Below the pieces are notes generated by a model, which saw only the letters and a list, made by a program, of their open reading frames with translations, had not been told where the DNA came from and did no database searches. A DNA stretch of 49,420 bases, from positions 1 through 49,420 of the forward strand of contig JBJXGU010000322.1 in assembly GCA_046160245.1 (NCBI GenBank), written 5' to 3'. This DNA is from Bacteroidia bacterium. GTDB taxonomy: Bacteria > Bacteroidota > Bacteroidia > AKYH767-A > OLB10. A program made the translations under genes and the position numbers. Of this stretch, positions 9,914 through 20,293 are shown in pieces; position 1 is the stretch's first letter, and each line of letters starts with the position of its first letter.

Positions 9914-11035
9914 TTAATTGAAAATCTGATTCGCTAGTAGTTTAGCATTCGATACGTTATCGTAATTTTCAGAAAGTATTTTTTTGCGTTTTTCAATTTC
10001 ATCATTGGTAAAAGGTAAAGAAAATAACGAATTCGCTTTCTGGGCAAAATCAGGAATGTCATGGGCAAGGATGCATGCGTTTTCTAAGGATGTTCCGCTT
10101 ACCATCATCGAATTCACTAAAACAAATCGGCCTGAATAAATCGCATGAAGTAATTTGAGCTTTACTCCGCTTTCTTGAAAACTAGGAAGTAAATGCAGAT
10201 GGGCTTCAGAAATTAATGATTCCATTTTTTCATCCGATGGATTTTCAACAAGCGTAATCTTTGAGGATTGACTAATCTTATTACGAAGTATAGTACTGCA
10301 CCTACTACCGGCAATAATTAATGGATGATTTAACAGTGGTGAAATTTTTTCTACTAACCAAATGGCAGCTTTTTCATTTTCGGCTACAGACAAGTTTCCA
10401 TGGTATAAACTGTATTGGCCTTGACCTGATTTTGATTTTATTTCATCATGGTGATGAAAAGGAGGAAGTAAGAATACATTTCCCCATTTCTTTTGAAAGT
10501 AATTTTGATCCGAGGAGGAAATGGCTCCAATGTGTTGAGCGTTTTTTAAGCGCTTTTCGTAGTGTTTTAATTTTATGGATTCAGAAAGAAAATACAGCTT
10601 TCGAAAAAAGTTTTTCTCTGCTAAAAATAGATGGCGATAATATTCGTGTTCGATATTATGAGCGCGTACCATTTTGATTCGATGTTGTAATAAAGGATGT
10701 GATAATAAGTGGGTAGTATGTAATCCCTCAAATAAGATAGGATGATCATCTGCTAACAACCGTTGAAGTAAGTCAGGATGATTTCGGGTGATGACAATAA
10801 ATGGTTCCCTACTTAGCATTTTTAATGTTGAAGTACTTCGTGTGTAGTAGTATACTTCTTTACAGAAATTAGTCAACTCTTTATTTTCTATTCTACCGTA
10901 AGCAAAGCAGTGTAATGTGATCTCAATCCCAAGCCGATGTAAGTGTCTAATTTTATGGAATACATCAATCACCCCACCATAATCTGCTGGTAAGGGCACA
11001 TCAAAAGAAATGATATGAAGTTGTTTATTTATCAA
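9914..11035 (-). CDS. Glycosyltransferase (GT1/GT4-like)
   Basis: 373 aa. N-terminal HIISFDVPLPADYGGVIDV and a C-terminal GT-B-like region. Overlaps the upstream GT gene by 11 nt. Confidence 0.65.
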   Translation of the reverse strand: MINKQLHIISFDVPLPADYGGVIDVFHKIRHLHRLGIEITLHCFAYGRIENKELTNFCKEVYYYTRSTSTLKMLSREPFIVITRNHPDLLQRLLADDHPILFEGLHTTHLLSHPLLQHRIKMVRAHNIEHEYYRHLFLAEKNFFRKLYFLSESIKLKHYEKRLKNAQHIGAISSSDQNYFQKKWGNVFLLPPFHHHDEIKSKSGQGQYSLYHGNLSVAENEKAAIWLVEKISPLLNHPLIIAGSRCSTILRNKISQSSKITLVENPSDEKMESLISEAHLHLLPSFQESGVKLKLLHAIYSGRFVLVNSMMVSGTSLENACILAHDIPDFAQKANSLFSLPFTNDEIEKRKKILSENYDNVSNAKLLANQIFN

Positions 11036-12155
11036 TGGAAGAAAAAATGCTTAATAGTTTGCTTTTTTCATGTTCCCAGTTCAATTCTTGAGAAGCTATC
11101 TTTAAATTCTTTTGCCAGATGAGACGGACCTCTTTATGATCAATCATTTTGTTCATCAACGCAGCAAGGTTTTTTACATTGTGGTCGGCACTGATGCATC
11201 CAATATTATAACCTTCTACAATCTTTCTGATTTCGGGTAAATCACTGGCTAAAATTGGAACTCCAGCCTGAATGTAATCGAAAATTTTATTGGGTAAACT
11301 ATAGCGATAATTTAAATTGGTGTCTTTGTCAAGACTTAATCCAAGATCAGCACAAAGTGTATACATAAAGAGTTCGGAAGGAGATTTTTTGGGTTCAAAT
11401 TTCACCTTTTCGTTGAGTTGTAATTCTACTACCATTAATTTTAAAGCGGGTATCACATCTCCGCTTCCTACTATGAGCAATATAGCATTCTCAACATATT
11501 GCATGGCTTGAACCGCTTCTTCGGCTCCTCGCTCAATATTGATACCGGCTCCTTGTAAAATTATAATGACTTTATCATTAGGTAGTCGTAATTCTCTTTT
11601 GATGATGTCGAGATCGGTCCGAATTTGAAATTTCAACTCGGGCATGTTTCGAATCACCTTGAATTTTACTTTGTATTCTTCTTCATACAGCTGTGCAATA
11701 CTTGAATTTACCGTATATGCATATTTAATTTTAGGAACGATATACAATTCAATTCTTTTCCATATGGCTTGTACTTTAGGCCGCTGAGTGAGCTCTGGAA
11801 CACCGGTAAAATATTCATGGCTATCGTAAACCAAGGGTATTCTTTTGATTTTTGAAATTAAAAAATTGGCTGGTAAAGTATCTAAATCATTACTAAGAAG
11901 GATGTCGGCTTGGTTCCATAAGAGATACCAAAACAAACGCAAATTATAATTTAAGTAAAATAAAGGCCCTTTGTTAATCCATAATTTGAAACGTGTGACT
12001 CGAAACCGTTTTCCTTTCATTTCAATCGAATCAGGAAGAACCCGTCCAACCAACATCACTTGATATCCAGCTTCTTTTAAAGTCCCTGCGGCTCGTTGAA
12101 CCCTTTGGTCAGTTACTAAATCGGATGTTACACTTATAATTATTCTGTCAGCCAC
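11025..12155 (-). CDS. Glycosyltransferase family 4-like
   Basis: 376 aa. GT-B C-terminal motif NKIFDYIQAGVPILASDLPEIRKIV. GTG start. Confidence 0.7.
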   Translation of the reverse strand: MADRIIISVTSDLVTDQRVQRAAGTLKEAGYQVMLVGRVLPDSIEMKGKRFRVTRFKLWINKGPLFYLNYNLRLFWYLLWNQADILLSNDLDTLPANFLISKIKRIPLVYDSHEYFTGVPELTQRPKVQAIWKRIELYIVPKIKYAYTVNSSIAQLYEEEYKVKFKVIRNMPELKFQIRTDLDIIKRELRLPNDKVIIILQGAGINIERGAEEAVQAMQYVENAILLIVGSGDVIPALKLMVVELQLNEKVKFEPKKSPSELFMYTLCADLGLSLDKDTNLNYRYSLPNKIFDYIQAGVPILASDLPEIRKIVEGYNIGCISADHNVKNLAALMNKMIDHKEVRLIWQKNLKIASQELNWEHEKSKLLSIFSSIDK

Positions 12156-12536
12156 AATGGCGAAGGTAATTCTTCTCTAGCTGAATTCATTTTATTTGAG
12201 ACCATATTTAAAGTTAATTACTTGATTAAAAATAATTTACATTTAATCATTAAGAATAAAAAACTTCAAAGGTCTATCGATTTCAACATCAGATTAAAAT
12301 TGAATAGGGTAATAACAGAATTTACCTTCCTCAATTTTTTGTTCGATTTTACCTTTAGTGAATCACAATTATTAGGGTTCCTCGAGTGTATAAATGCTTA
12401 AGGATTGATTGATTTCGAAGTCATTTGTAAATTACTTTATTAGGGTGTCATGTAAAATTTTGATATTTAATAAGATGTGTCTGTGCTATCTCTTTTTTAA
12501 ATCCTTTTTTAAATTGTTTCGTATGCACGCATCCGC

Positions 12537-12544
12537 TATATTTG
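12537..12544 (+). promoter_or_regulatory. Candidate -7 box TATATTTG for secDF
   Basis: Perfect TAnnTTTG 30 nt upstream of the ATG at 12574. Confidence 0.45.
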
Positions 12545-12573
12545 CCCGCTCTATAAATTAATATATTATATCA

Positions 12574-15500
12574 ATGCAAAGTAAAGGTGCTATTAAACTA
12601 TTTGCCATCGTTTTGGCTCTGGTTTGCCTCTATCAACTCTCATTTACCCTAATTACTCGTGGGGTGGAGGCTGATGCAAGAGAGTATGCGAATAACGATC
12701 CTATTAAAGAGAAAGAATATCTCGATTCGATTGGTACTAAAGGGGTTTACAACCTTGGAGTAAAGGATTATACCTATCGTGAGTGTAAGGAAAGAGAAAT
12801 CAATCTGGGTCTTGACTTAAAAGGTGGTATGAACGTAACGTTGGAAGTTTCTGTAATGGATCTTGTTCGTTCAATGGCCGGTCAAAATGTAGAAGATCCA
12901 ACTTTTAAAAAAGCAATCGATCGTGCTTTAGAATTACAACGTAATAGCAACAAGGATTTTGTTACGCTCTTCGGACAAGCTTTTACTGAAGTAGATCCAA
13001 ATGCCAGCCTGGCTGCTGTATTTGCGAATATCGAGAATCAGGATAAGATTAAATTTAATTCAACCAATGAGCAAGTGCTGAAGGTTTTAAAAGATGAGTC
13101 GGATGCAGCGATCAGCCGTTCATTTAATATCCTTCGTACTCGTATCGATAAATTCGGTGTGTCTCAGCCTAATATTCAACAGTTAGGTTCTGGAAGAATT
13201 TTAGTAGAATTACCAGGTGTGAAGGAGCCAGATCGTGTGCGTAAACTTCTTCAAGGAACAGCGAAATTGGAATTCTGGGAGACTTATACTTTTGGTGAAG
13301 TAGCTCCGGGATTAGTAGCGGTGAATACCTTATTGGCTAATGAAAATAAGAAAGATTCTTTGTTAGGAAATTTAACTACCGTTAATGATTCCAGTGCAAC
13401 ATCCAGTACAACTCCTGTTGACACAACCAAAGTTGCCACTGAGGATACAACTAAAGTTTCTTTGGTTGATAAAATGGGAAAAGATTCTACCGCAGCAAAA
13501 GATACAGCAGGTGGTAAAACATTCGAAGAATTTGCTCGTGAAAACCCATTGTTCGCAGTGTTGTTCCCTTCCGATGGACAAGTACGTACGCAAGAAGAAA
13601 AGAATATTGTAGATAAGCAATGTGTCATCGGTTATTCTTTGATAAAGGATACCGCAAAAGTGAATCGCATTTTAGAACGTGATGATGTAAAGGCAGCTTT
13701 GCCAAAAAATCTACGTCTCTTGTGGACTGTTAAACCACGCTCGGCAGAAACTCAATCTTTGGAATTAATTGGTATTAAGAGTGCCGGTCGTGATGGAAAA
13801 GCGCCTTTAGATGGTGCTGCTATTTCTGATGCTCGTCAAGACTTCGGTCAATTTAATAGCCAGCCGGAAATTAGTATGAGAATGAATCCGGATGGTGCTA
13901 AGGTTTGGAAGCGTCTCACCGGTGAAAACGTAGGGAAATCAATTGCAATTGTGCTTGATAATTATGTATATAGTTTCCCTAATGTACAAGGTGAAATAGC
14001 TGGAGGTAGCTCAAGCATCACCGGAAATTTTGAGATCAATGAAGCAAAAGATTTAGCAAATATCTTAAAAGCAGGTAAACTTCCTGCTCCAGCTCGTATC
14101 GTGGAAGAAGCGGTTGTAGGACCATCTTTAGGAGCAGAAGCCATTCAAAATGGTTTACTTTCCTTTTTAGTAGCCCTTGGTATTGTATTCTTCTTTATGG
14201 CATTCTATTACAGCAAGGCAGGTATTGTTGCAGATATTACTCTCGTAGTTAATATGTTTTTTATTATGGGTGTACTCGCTTCTTTAGGTGCAGTTCTTAC
14301 GCTTCCAGGTATAGCAGGTATCGTGTTGATCATAGCTCTTTCGGTAGATGCAAACATCCTAATATTTGAAAGAGTACGTGAAGAATTACGTTTAGGTAAA
14401 GGATTACGTTTGGCAATTTCCGATGGTTATAAGCATGCGTTCTCTTCTATCATCGATTCCAATGTCACCACTTTATTATTAGGTATTATTCTGTATTCAT
14501 TCGGTAGTGGTCCAGTTCAAGGTTTCGCAACAACGTTAATCATTGGTATCCTTTGTTCATTATTCTCCGCTATTTTCATTAGCCGTTTAATGTTCGAATA
14601 TTTATTGGATAAGAATAAAGAAATTCCTTTCTGGACTAATGCAACGAAAGATCCTTATAAGAACATTAATCTTCCATTCGTTGAGAATCGTAAAAAGTAT
14701 TATATCATCTCAGGTTTAGTTATCGCAGCTGGAATTGTATCAATCGGATTGAAAGGATTTAATTTCGGAGTGGATTTCGATGGAGGTCGTACATTTGTTG
14801 TTCAGTTTGATAATGCTACTTCTACTCAAACCATTCGTGAATCATTAGCGGTTCCTTTTGGAGAAGCTCCAGACGTAAAAACTTTCGGAACAGATAATCG
14901 CTATAAAATTACTACCGATTATTTAATAGAAGAAAATACAGCCGAAGCGCAAGCTGCCGTTACTAAGGCTTTATACGAAGGATTGAAGGGCCAGTTTGCA
15001 GGAATGGATCAAGCTAAATTTCAAGAGACAAAAATTATTAATTCTCAGAAAGTAGGACCTACTGTTGCGGATGATATTAAGTCTTCGGCATTCTTCGCTA
15101 TTATCTTTGGATGTGCTTTGATGTTTTTATACATCCTTGTACGATTCAAAAAATGGCAGTATGGTTTAGGTGCTACCGTAGCCTTGTTGCATGACGTATT
15201 ATTGATTCTTTCCATCTTTTCTATCTTTAATGGAATTCTTCCTTTCACACTTGAAATCAATCAGGACTTTATCGCAGCGTTGTTAACCGTAATGGGTTAT
15301 TCCATGACCGATACTGTTGTGGTATTTGATAGGATTCGAGAGTACTTAGGAATTCACCCGAACACCGATAAGAAAGTGGTAATTAATAATGCATTGAATT
15401 CTACATTGAGCAGAACCATGAATACGTCGTTAGCTACATTCTTCGTGTTACTTGCCATCTTCATATTTGGTGGTGATGTAATTCGTGGATTTATCTTCGC

Positions 15501-15591
15501 ATTGTTAATCGGAATTTTAGTAGGTACATACAGTTCTTTATGTATCGCATCTCCCATAGTAATCGACTTCGATAAGAAAGATAAGAAGTAA
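12574..15591 (+). CDS. secDF: Protein translocase subunit SecDF (fused)
   Basis: 1005 aa. SecD periplasmic domain followed by two 6-TM SecD/SecF modules (LSVDANILIFERVREE, MGYSMTDTVVVFDRIRE). Confidence 0.95.
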   Translation: MQSKGAIKLFAIVLALVCLYQLSFTLITRGVEADAREYANNDPIKEKEYLDSIGTKGVYNLGVKDYTYRECKEREINLGLDLKGGMNVTLEVSVMDLVRSMAGQNVEDPTFKKAIDRALELQRNSNKDFVTLFGQAFTEVDPNASLAAVFANIENQDKIKFNSTNEQVLKVLKDESDAAISRSFNILRTRIDKFGVSQPNIQQLGSGRILVELPGVKEPDRVRKLLQGTAKLEFWETYTFGEVAPGLVAVNTLLANENKKDSLLGNLTTVNDSSATSSTTPVDTTKVATEDTTKVSLVDKMGKDSTAAKDTAGGKTFEEFARENPLFAVLFPSDGQVRTQEEKNIVDKQCVIGYSLIKDTAKVNRILERDDVKAALPKNLRLLWTVKPRSAETQSLELIGIKSAGRDGKAPLDGAAISDARQDFGQFNSQPEISMRMNPDGAKVWKRLTGENVGKSIAIVLDNYVYSFPNVQGEIAGGSSSITGNFEINEAKDLANILKAGKLPAPARIVEEAVVGPSLGAEAIQNGLLSFLVALGIVFFFMAFYYSKAGIVADITLVVNMFFIMGVLASLGAVLTLPGIAGIVLIIALSVDANILIFERVREELRLGKGLRLAISDGYKHAFSSIIDSNVTTLLLGIILYSFGSGPVQGFATTLIIGILCSLFSAIFISRLMFEYLLDKNKEIPFWTNATKDPYKNINLPFVENRKKYYIISGLVIAAGIVSIGLKGFNFGVDFDGGRTFVVQFDNATSTQTIRESLAVPFGEAPDVKTFGTDNRYKITTDYLIEENTAEAQAAVTKALYEGLKGQFAGMDQAKFQETKIINSQKVGPTVADDIKSSAFFAIIFGCALMFLYILVRFKKWQYGLGATVALLHDVLLILSIFSIFNGILPFTLEINQDFIAALLTVMGYSMTDTVVVFDRIREYLGIHPNTDKKVVINNALNSTLSRTMNTSLATFFVLLAIFIFGGDVIRGFIFALLIGILVGTYSSLCIASPIVIDFDKKDKK

Positions 15592-15614
15592 TCAATACTT
15601 AAGTTAATAAAGAA

Positions 15615-15637
15615 AGGGGCTATATGCCCCTTTTTTT
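15615..15637 (+). terminator. Rho-independent terminator after secDF
   Basis: AGGGGC (15615-15620), loop TATAT, GCCCCT (15626-15631), then a T-run. Confidence 0.75.
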
Positions 15638-15762
15638 ATTCCATGTAAATGTCATTTTATAGCTAAAAAGTGACCGTTTAGAACAAAATGGATATGCCTA
15701 TAACTAAACCTTCGTATTTTAGCATAGTAATTAAATTTTGAACACCTGTAATCGCAATAATT

Positions 15763-16577
15763 ATGAATCAAATATCAACTTTCTTTTTTATTCTACTTCT
15801 CTTCTCCTTAAATACATTTGGGCAAGCTCCGCCTGAAAATCCTGCCTCAGGTGCGGGAACAGTAACTCCTGTTTTACCAAGTAGCGAAGCTGTATCTTCA
15901 TGGGTATTGAATGGTACTATTAAGTACGGACTTTTTGAATCATTGGCCGGTAAGATCGGATTTTATACCCAAGCTGATTTTAGTCCCACGTGTGTTTAGA
16001 ATTGGGAGTAGGGTTAACCAGAAAAAATGTATTAACAGAGTCAACTAATGGATCTGGAATTAGTAATGGCTATTTTATAAGTTCAGCTAATTCTCCTTAT
16101 TGGCAAGGAAATAATAAAGAGGACATAGAAGATTTTTTTCACGATTATGATTTTAGAAAGGTGAAAACAGGTGTTTATTTTTCGGCAATGCCAAGATTGA
16201 GTTTCCCATCTCCTTTGTTAGCAATGTCTAGATTTTTTGGATTGCGATTTGAGTACAGACGTTATAATTGGAAAGCAGATGATGTTCTTCGTGCCAATGA
16301 ATTAATTTATAATCCAAACATTCAATTTAAAGAAATGGAACGTCAATTAAATTTAGTGCTTATTTATGGAGGCCTATTTCAGTTAGGAAATTTGTGTTTG
16401 GAAATTTATGCAGGGGCCGGAACTCGATATTATTAAATGAAAAAGAGAGATATCGGAATTGAATATAAAGGAGTATTGCAAACTCCGGAGTACGGAGCAG
16501 TACTATCTACGTTTAGGAAAACCAGAGGAATTGTGGAAGCGGGGATAAATATTGGAATAAGTACATTAAACAAATAG
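15763..16577 (+). pseudogene. Disrupted outer-membrane beta-barrel-like gene: signal-peptide fragment, -1 frame change near 15984-15997, and an in-frame TAA at 16434
   Basis: ORF 15763-15999 (frame 1) carries the signal peptide. ORF 15990-16436 (frame 3) has no signal. A 46-codon continuation (16437-16577) lies in the same frame straight after the TAA. The sequence reads through as GAGTRYY*MKKRDIGIEYKG. Confidence 0.45.
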
Positions 16578-16583
16578 AGTTAC

Positions 16584-17495
16584 CTAAGCCTCTTGTCGTT
16601 TCAGTAACTGTTCTGAAATTATGCCTAATCCTTCCTCTAAACTGCGAGGATGAAAATTTAATTCTCGTTCAGCTTTCGAAATGATAAAACCTGTTTTCAA
16701 GGGTCTAGCTGCAGGTTGTTTTAGTGATGCTGTAGTAATAGGCTGAATGAATTTTTTATCCAGATCGAAAAAGTCAGCTACGCGCTCAGCAATTTCTAAA
16801 ATGGAAATTACTTCTTTCCCCGAAACATGAAATAATCCTTTTATTTTTTTTGTTGCAGCCACAATACAAGCATCCGCCAAATCTTCTGCTAAGGTTGGAC
16901 CTCTAAATTGATCATTGATAACATTAATGAATTGTCCTTCTTCTAAAGATTTCTTGGTCCACAAAACAATGTTCGATCTTTGCTTGTCATCAGTAACACC
17001 ATAAATGATCATGGTGCGTAATGTCGTCCAAGGTAAACCACTTTCCATTACTATTTTCTCACCATCCATTTTTGATTGGGCATAAACGCTTAATGGATTT
17101 GCGGCATCTTCCTCTGAATAGGGACCTGCTGTTCCGTCAAAAACAAAATCAGTACTGATATTAATAAAGTGCGTTTTAAATTCTTTGCATGCGTTCACTA
17201 AATATTCAACTGCATCTACATTGTATTTTCTACAAGAAATGGGATCTAGCTCACAAGCGTCAACATTGGTCATCGCAGCAGTATGGATGATACAATCAGG
17301 TTGATGCTTTTTAACGATGGCTGTGACGGTAAGCTCATCACTTAAATCGCATGATTCATAGAGATATCCTTTTTTCTTGGTTATCCTATTTTCTCCTCTT
17401 GCACAAGCGATAAGGGAAATGTCAGTTCGGTCTGATAAAGCATAAATTAGCTTCTGCCCAAGTAATCCATTAGAACCTGTAATTAGAATTTTCAT
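16584..17495 (-). CDS. dTDP-4-dehydrorhamnose reductase-like SDR (RmlD substrate-binding family)
   Basis: 303 aa. N-terminal Rossmann motif MKILITGSNGLLGQ and catalytic YAQSK. Confidence 0.8.
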   Translation of the reverse strand: MKILITGSNGLLGQKLIYALSDRTDISLIACARGENRITKKKGYLYESCDLSDELTVTAIVKKHQPDCIIHTAAMTNVDACELDPISCRKYNVDAVEYLVNACKEFKTHFINISTDFVFDGTAGPYSEEDAANPLSVYAQSKMDGEKIVMESGLPWTTLRTMIIYGVTDDKQRSNIVLWTKKSLEEGQFINVINDQFRGPTLAEDLADACIVAATKKIKGLFHVSGKEVISILEIAERVADFFDLDKKFIQPITTASLKQPAARPLKTGFIISKAERELNFHPRSLEEGLGIISEQLLKRQEA

Positions 17496-17514
17496 TTCTT
17501 TTGTTAATAGGAAG

Positions 17515-18525
17515 CTAAAAAAGAACCTTAGTCAGTTCTTCTACTTCTTCGCTAGTACCTAATACGAATAATTTAGAATCAGGTTTCATGATAGTGTCGG
17601 GACTCGGATTTATAATATACTCACCTTCACTTGTTTTAAATCCAATAATATTGGCTCCAGTGCGATTTCTTACTTCCAACTCCCTTATCGTTTTTCCTTG
17701 GTATATTTCTTTTAGTTTGTTGATCATGATTTCTTCTAAACGAATGTTTACCTTCCCAGTGATATGATCAATAAATTCGAGAACATCCGGTCTGGTCACT
17801 AAAGTAGCCATGTGAGATCCGCCAATCTTATCGGGCATGATTACATTATCTGCACCCGCCCTTCTTAATTTTCCCTCCGATGACGATTCGGAAGCGCGAC
17901 TGATGATCTTAATATCACTTCTCAATTCCCTTGCAGTTAATACTACAAATACATTAGCAGCATCGCTCGGCAAAGTGGTGATCAGCGCACATGCTTTTTC
18001 AATGCCCGCTTCTATCAATATTTCATCGCGAGTGGCGTCACCTTGAATAAACAGAAATTCCTCATCTTCTTTCAAATCTTCAATCCCTTTTTCGGAATTT
18101 TCAATAACAACAAATTTTTGGTTGTGGGATCTTAATTGTTTACAGGCTTGCTTGCCATTTCTGCCATATCCGCAAACGATTACATGCCCCTGAATTTTAC
18201 CGATCATTTTTAAGATTTTTTTTAATTTTAAATATCGCTGAACCTCACCTTCCATAATGTAAGTGGTTATTTGTGCAATGCCATAAGCGAAGATTCCAAT
18301 GCTAATGATAATGAGTAATGAAACAAACCATCTTCCTTCATTAGAGAGTGTTTTTACCACGCCCAATCCAACCGTAGAAAGGATGATGATGGTAGTATAA
18401 AATGCTTCACTGAATGTGTACCCTTCGATGACCATAAAGCCAATCACCCCAAAGGCTATTGTGCCAAGGATCATAACGGCCGCTATTCGCAGCTTTTTTA
18501 TGAATTGAAAGTGCTTTTTGTGCAT
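17515..18525 (-). CDS. Potassium-channel family protein with RCK/TrkA-N and TrkA-C domains
   Basis: 336 aa. Two TM helices flank a pore loop TVGLG, followed by a Rossmann GYGRNG RCK domain. Confidence 0.8.
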   Translation of the reverse strand: MHKKHFQFIKKLRIAAVMILGTIAFGVIGFMVIEGYTFSEAFYTTIIILSTVGLGVVKTLSNEGRWFVSLLIIISIGIFAYGIAQITTYIMEGEVQRYLKLKKILKMIGKIQGHVIVCGYGRNGKQACKQLRSHNQKFVVIENSEKGIEDLKEDEEFLFIQGDATRDEILIEAGIEKACALITTLPSDAANVFVVLTARELRSDIKIISRASESSSEGKLRRAGADNVIMPDKIGGSHMATLVTRPDVLEFIDHITGKVNIRLEEIMINKLKEIYQGKTIRELEVRNRTGANIIGFKTSEGEYIINPSPDTIMKPDSKLFVLGTSEEVEELTKVLF

Positions 18526-18710
18526 ACTGCGAAGGTAATTTATTATTTCTTCAAGATTTAAAGAGTATGTCTTTTAGTTTTCAAAGGAACTTTAAAAACA
18601 TGTTTTTTACTGAAGATGGTGGGATGGCATATGTCATAATTAGAAACCATCACTTGAAAGTAGTTAAATTCAGCATTGGAAGTGACGGAATAACACAGAT
18701 GGATTTAAAG

Positions 18711-18944
18711 CTACAAATCCCAAACGCTTCCACGCTTTTGTTCTGTAATTAAAGCACGCATTTTTTTCCAAAATGCCAATGTTAAATATAAAATGATGGG
18801 AGAGCCTACGGTGAGAAAGGTGGTGTAAATAAAAAACATTCGTATTTGAGCAGAAGGGATGTTGATCTTTTCTCCCCACCATTCACAAACGCCAAAGGCT
18901 TGCTGTTCAAACCAGGCTTTAATGTCTTCAATTAGTGTTTGCAT
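18711..18944 (-). CDS. PspC-domain membrane protein
   Basis: 77 aa. GVCEWWGEKINIPSAQIRMFFI followed by a TM helix resembles a PspC domain. Overlaps the upstream gene by 17 nt. Confidence 0.55.
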   Translation of the reverse strand: MQTLIEDIKAWFEQQAFGVCEWWGEKINIPSAQIRMFFIYTTFLTVGSPIILYLTLAFWKKMRALITEQKRGSVWDL

Positions 18945-20214
18945 TTTTTAAGAGGTAGTTTCCAATGCTGCAATTTACACATTTTTTGTAATCACAATAG
19001 TTTTTTTTGAGATGTAATAATGCCTGACTTTGAGCAGAATTGGTGATGTAAAAACCAATATCCTCAAAAGATCGAATGATTTTGTTTTTTTCCGGTGGAC
19101 ATTTTTCCAGCCAGTAGATAGCCTTATCGCAAAGTATGGGCAGCTTTTGCTTTTTCCCATAGAAAAATAGAAAGGGTATAATGGCATTGATCAATAGATG
19201 AAGTATGGCATCCTTGCCCAGCTTTTTAATATGAGGTTCTGATGCAATTCCAAACCGAAAGTGCTGATACCAATAGTCCGTAGCACTAATATCAAATAGA
19301 GCGATTAAATCCGAAAGCTCTATGGTTTGTATGATTTTGTCGAGTAAGTATTCATGCGTAAAATGTAACATGCTGAATTGGGAAATTCGAAGCGTTGGAA
19401 AGTTGGCCGGCCGTAATCCCCCGTATTTCCAAAGATGAGGTGAATTGTTTTTAAGATGATACTTCGTACGAAAGTATTTGTATTCTTTTTTTAAACGATC
19501 AATATACGGATCATCTATCGTGGTGTGAAGCATTCCCGATTGCCCAAAATAAAGTGATTCTAAAGACTCGATTTGATGTCTGTGTTTGATCATTATATCA
19601 TAGGGTACTGACTTAGCTAGCATTTCAAAAGGCACTGCATTTACTTTGAATCCAAAAGACTTTGCAAGGAGGTGATAGAGGCTCTTAGGCCATCGAGAGT
19701 CCGATTCTTTATGAATCTGTTCTAATTCCTCAAATCTTGTATTCAACCTTTCAGCAAGAACTCGGTCCATCCAACTCTGCAAGTAAATGAATGGCACTTC
19801 CTGAAATTGCTGTCCGCAAGGAATAAAGGAATGACAACCTTGAAGCAAAGTTTCGTAATGGTACAAGTATCCTAAAGGATATTTGTCACGCATAACTAAT
19901 GTTGGAATTTCATTTCCATCTCTTCGATATACAGGTTTATCATTTTGATGAACTACATGCAGTAAAATATTATCATAGGATAAATCTCCCTGATGGTGAT
20001 GCTTGAACCAATCGCTCGAATTAACATGAATCTCAATATTTCCAGCCCATATAATATTATCAATGCGAATACGCGCATTGTGAAAGTCCGGACCACTTTC
20101 AAAATTCCGAACCCCAGGATGAATTATTTCTACTTTTTCTCCGCTTTCTAACAATAACGGATCTCTTAATAAGAGCTTGTTTTGCCAGAGATAATACAAG
20201 AATTCTTCTTTCAT
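18928..20214 (-). CDS. DUF2851 family protein
   Basis: 428 aa. The N-terminus MKEEFLYYLWQNKLL is characteristic of Bacteroidota DUF2851 proteins. Confidence 0.7.
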   Translation of the reverse strand: MKEEFLYYLWQNKLLLRDPLLLESGEKVEIIHPGVRNFESGPDFHNARIRIDNIIWAGNIEIHVNSSDWFKHHHQGDLSYDNILLHVVHQNDKPVYRRDGNEIPTLVMRDKYPLGYLYHYETLLQGCHSFIPCGQQFQEVPFIYLQSWMDRVLAERLNTRFEELEQIHKESDSRWPKSLYHLLAKSFGFKVNAVPFEMLAKSVPYDIMIKHRHQIESLESLYFGQSGMLHTTIDDPYIDRLKKEYKYFRTKYHLKNNSPHLWKYGGLRPANFPTLRISQFSMLHFTHEYLLDKIIQTIELSDLIALFDISATDYWYQHFRFGIASEPHIKKLGKDAILHLLINAIIPFLFFYGKKQKLPILCDKAIYWLEKCPPEKNKIIRSFEDIGFYITNSAQSQALLHLKKNYCDYKKCVNCSIGNYLLKNANTN

Positions 20215-20254
20215 CCCGCAAAACTCTAAATCATGATTCCATTACTCGGATAAT

Positions 20255-20282
20255 AAACATTTATAGTCGACTACAAATGTTT
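20255..20282. promoter_or_regulatory. 28-bp near-perfect palindrome centred on GTCGAC in the divergent intergenic region
   Basis: AAACATTT-ATAGTCGACTAC-AAATGTTT. 13 of 14 positions pair. Confidence 0.5.
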
Positions 20283-20293
20283 GCAAGCAAGTA

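Noticed and set aside
10321-10677. 118-aa plus-strand ORF inside the glycosyltransferase gene
   Set aside because: It is antisense to a well-supported 373-aa GT ORF and has no independent signals.
12156-12573. 418-bp AT-rich gap upstream of secDF as a hidden RNA gene (tmRNA, RNase P, SRP RNA or riboswitch)
   Set aside because: I could not find the conserved cores of these RNAs or any convincing extended helices. The only clear signal is a TAnnTTTG box at 12537-12544. A covariance-model scan (Rfam/Infernal) would be needed to exclude an ncRNA.
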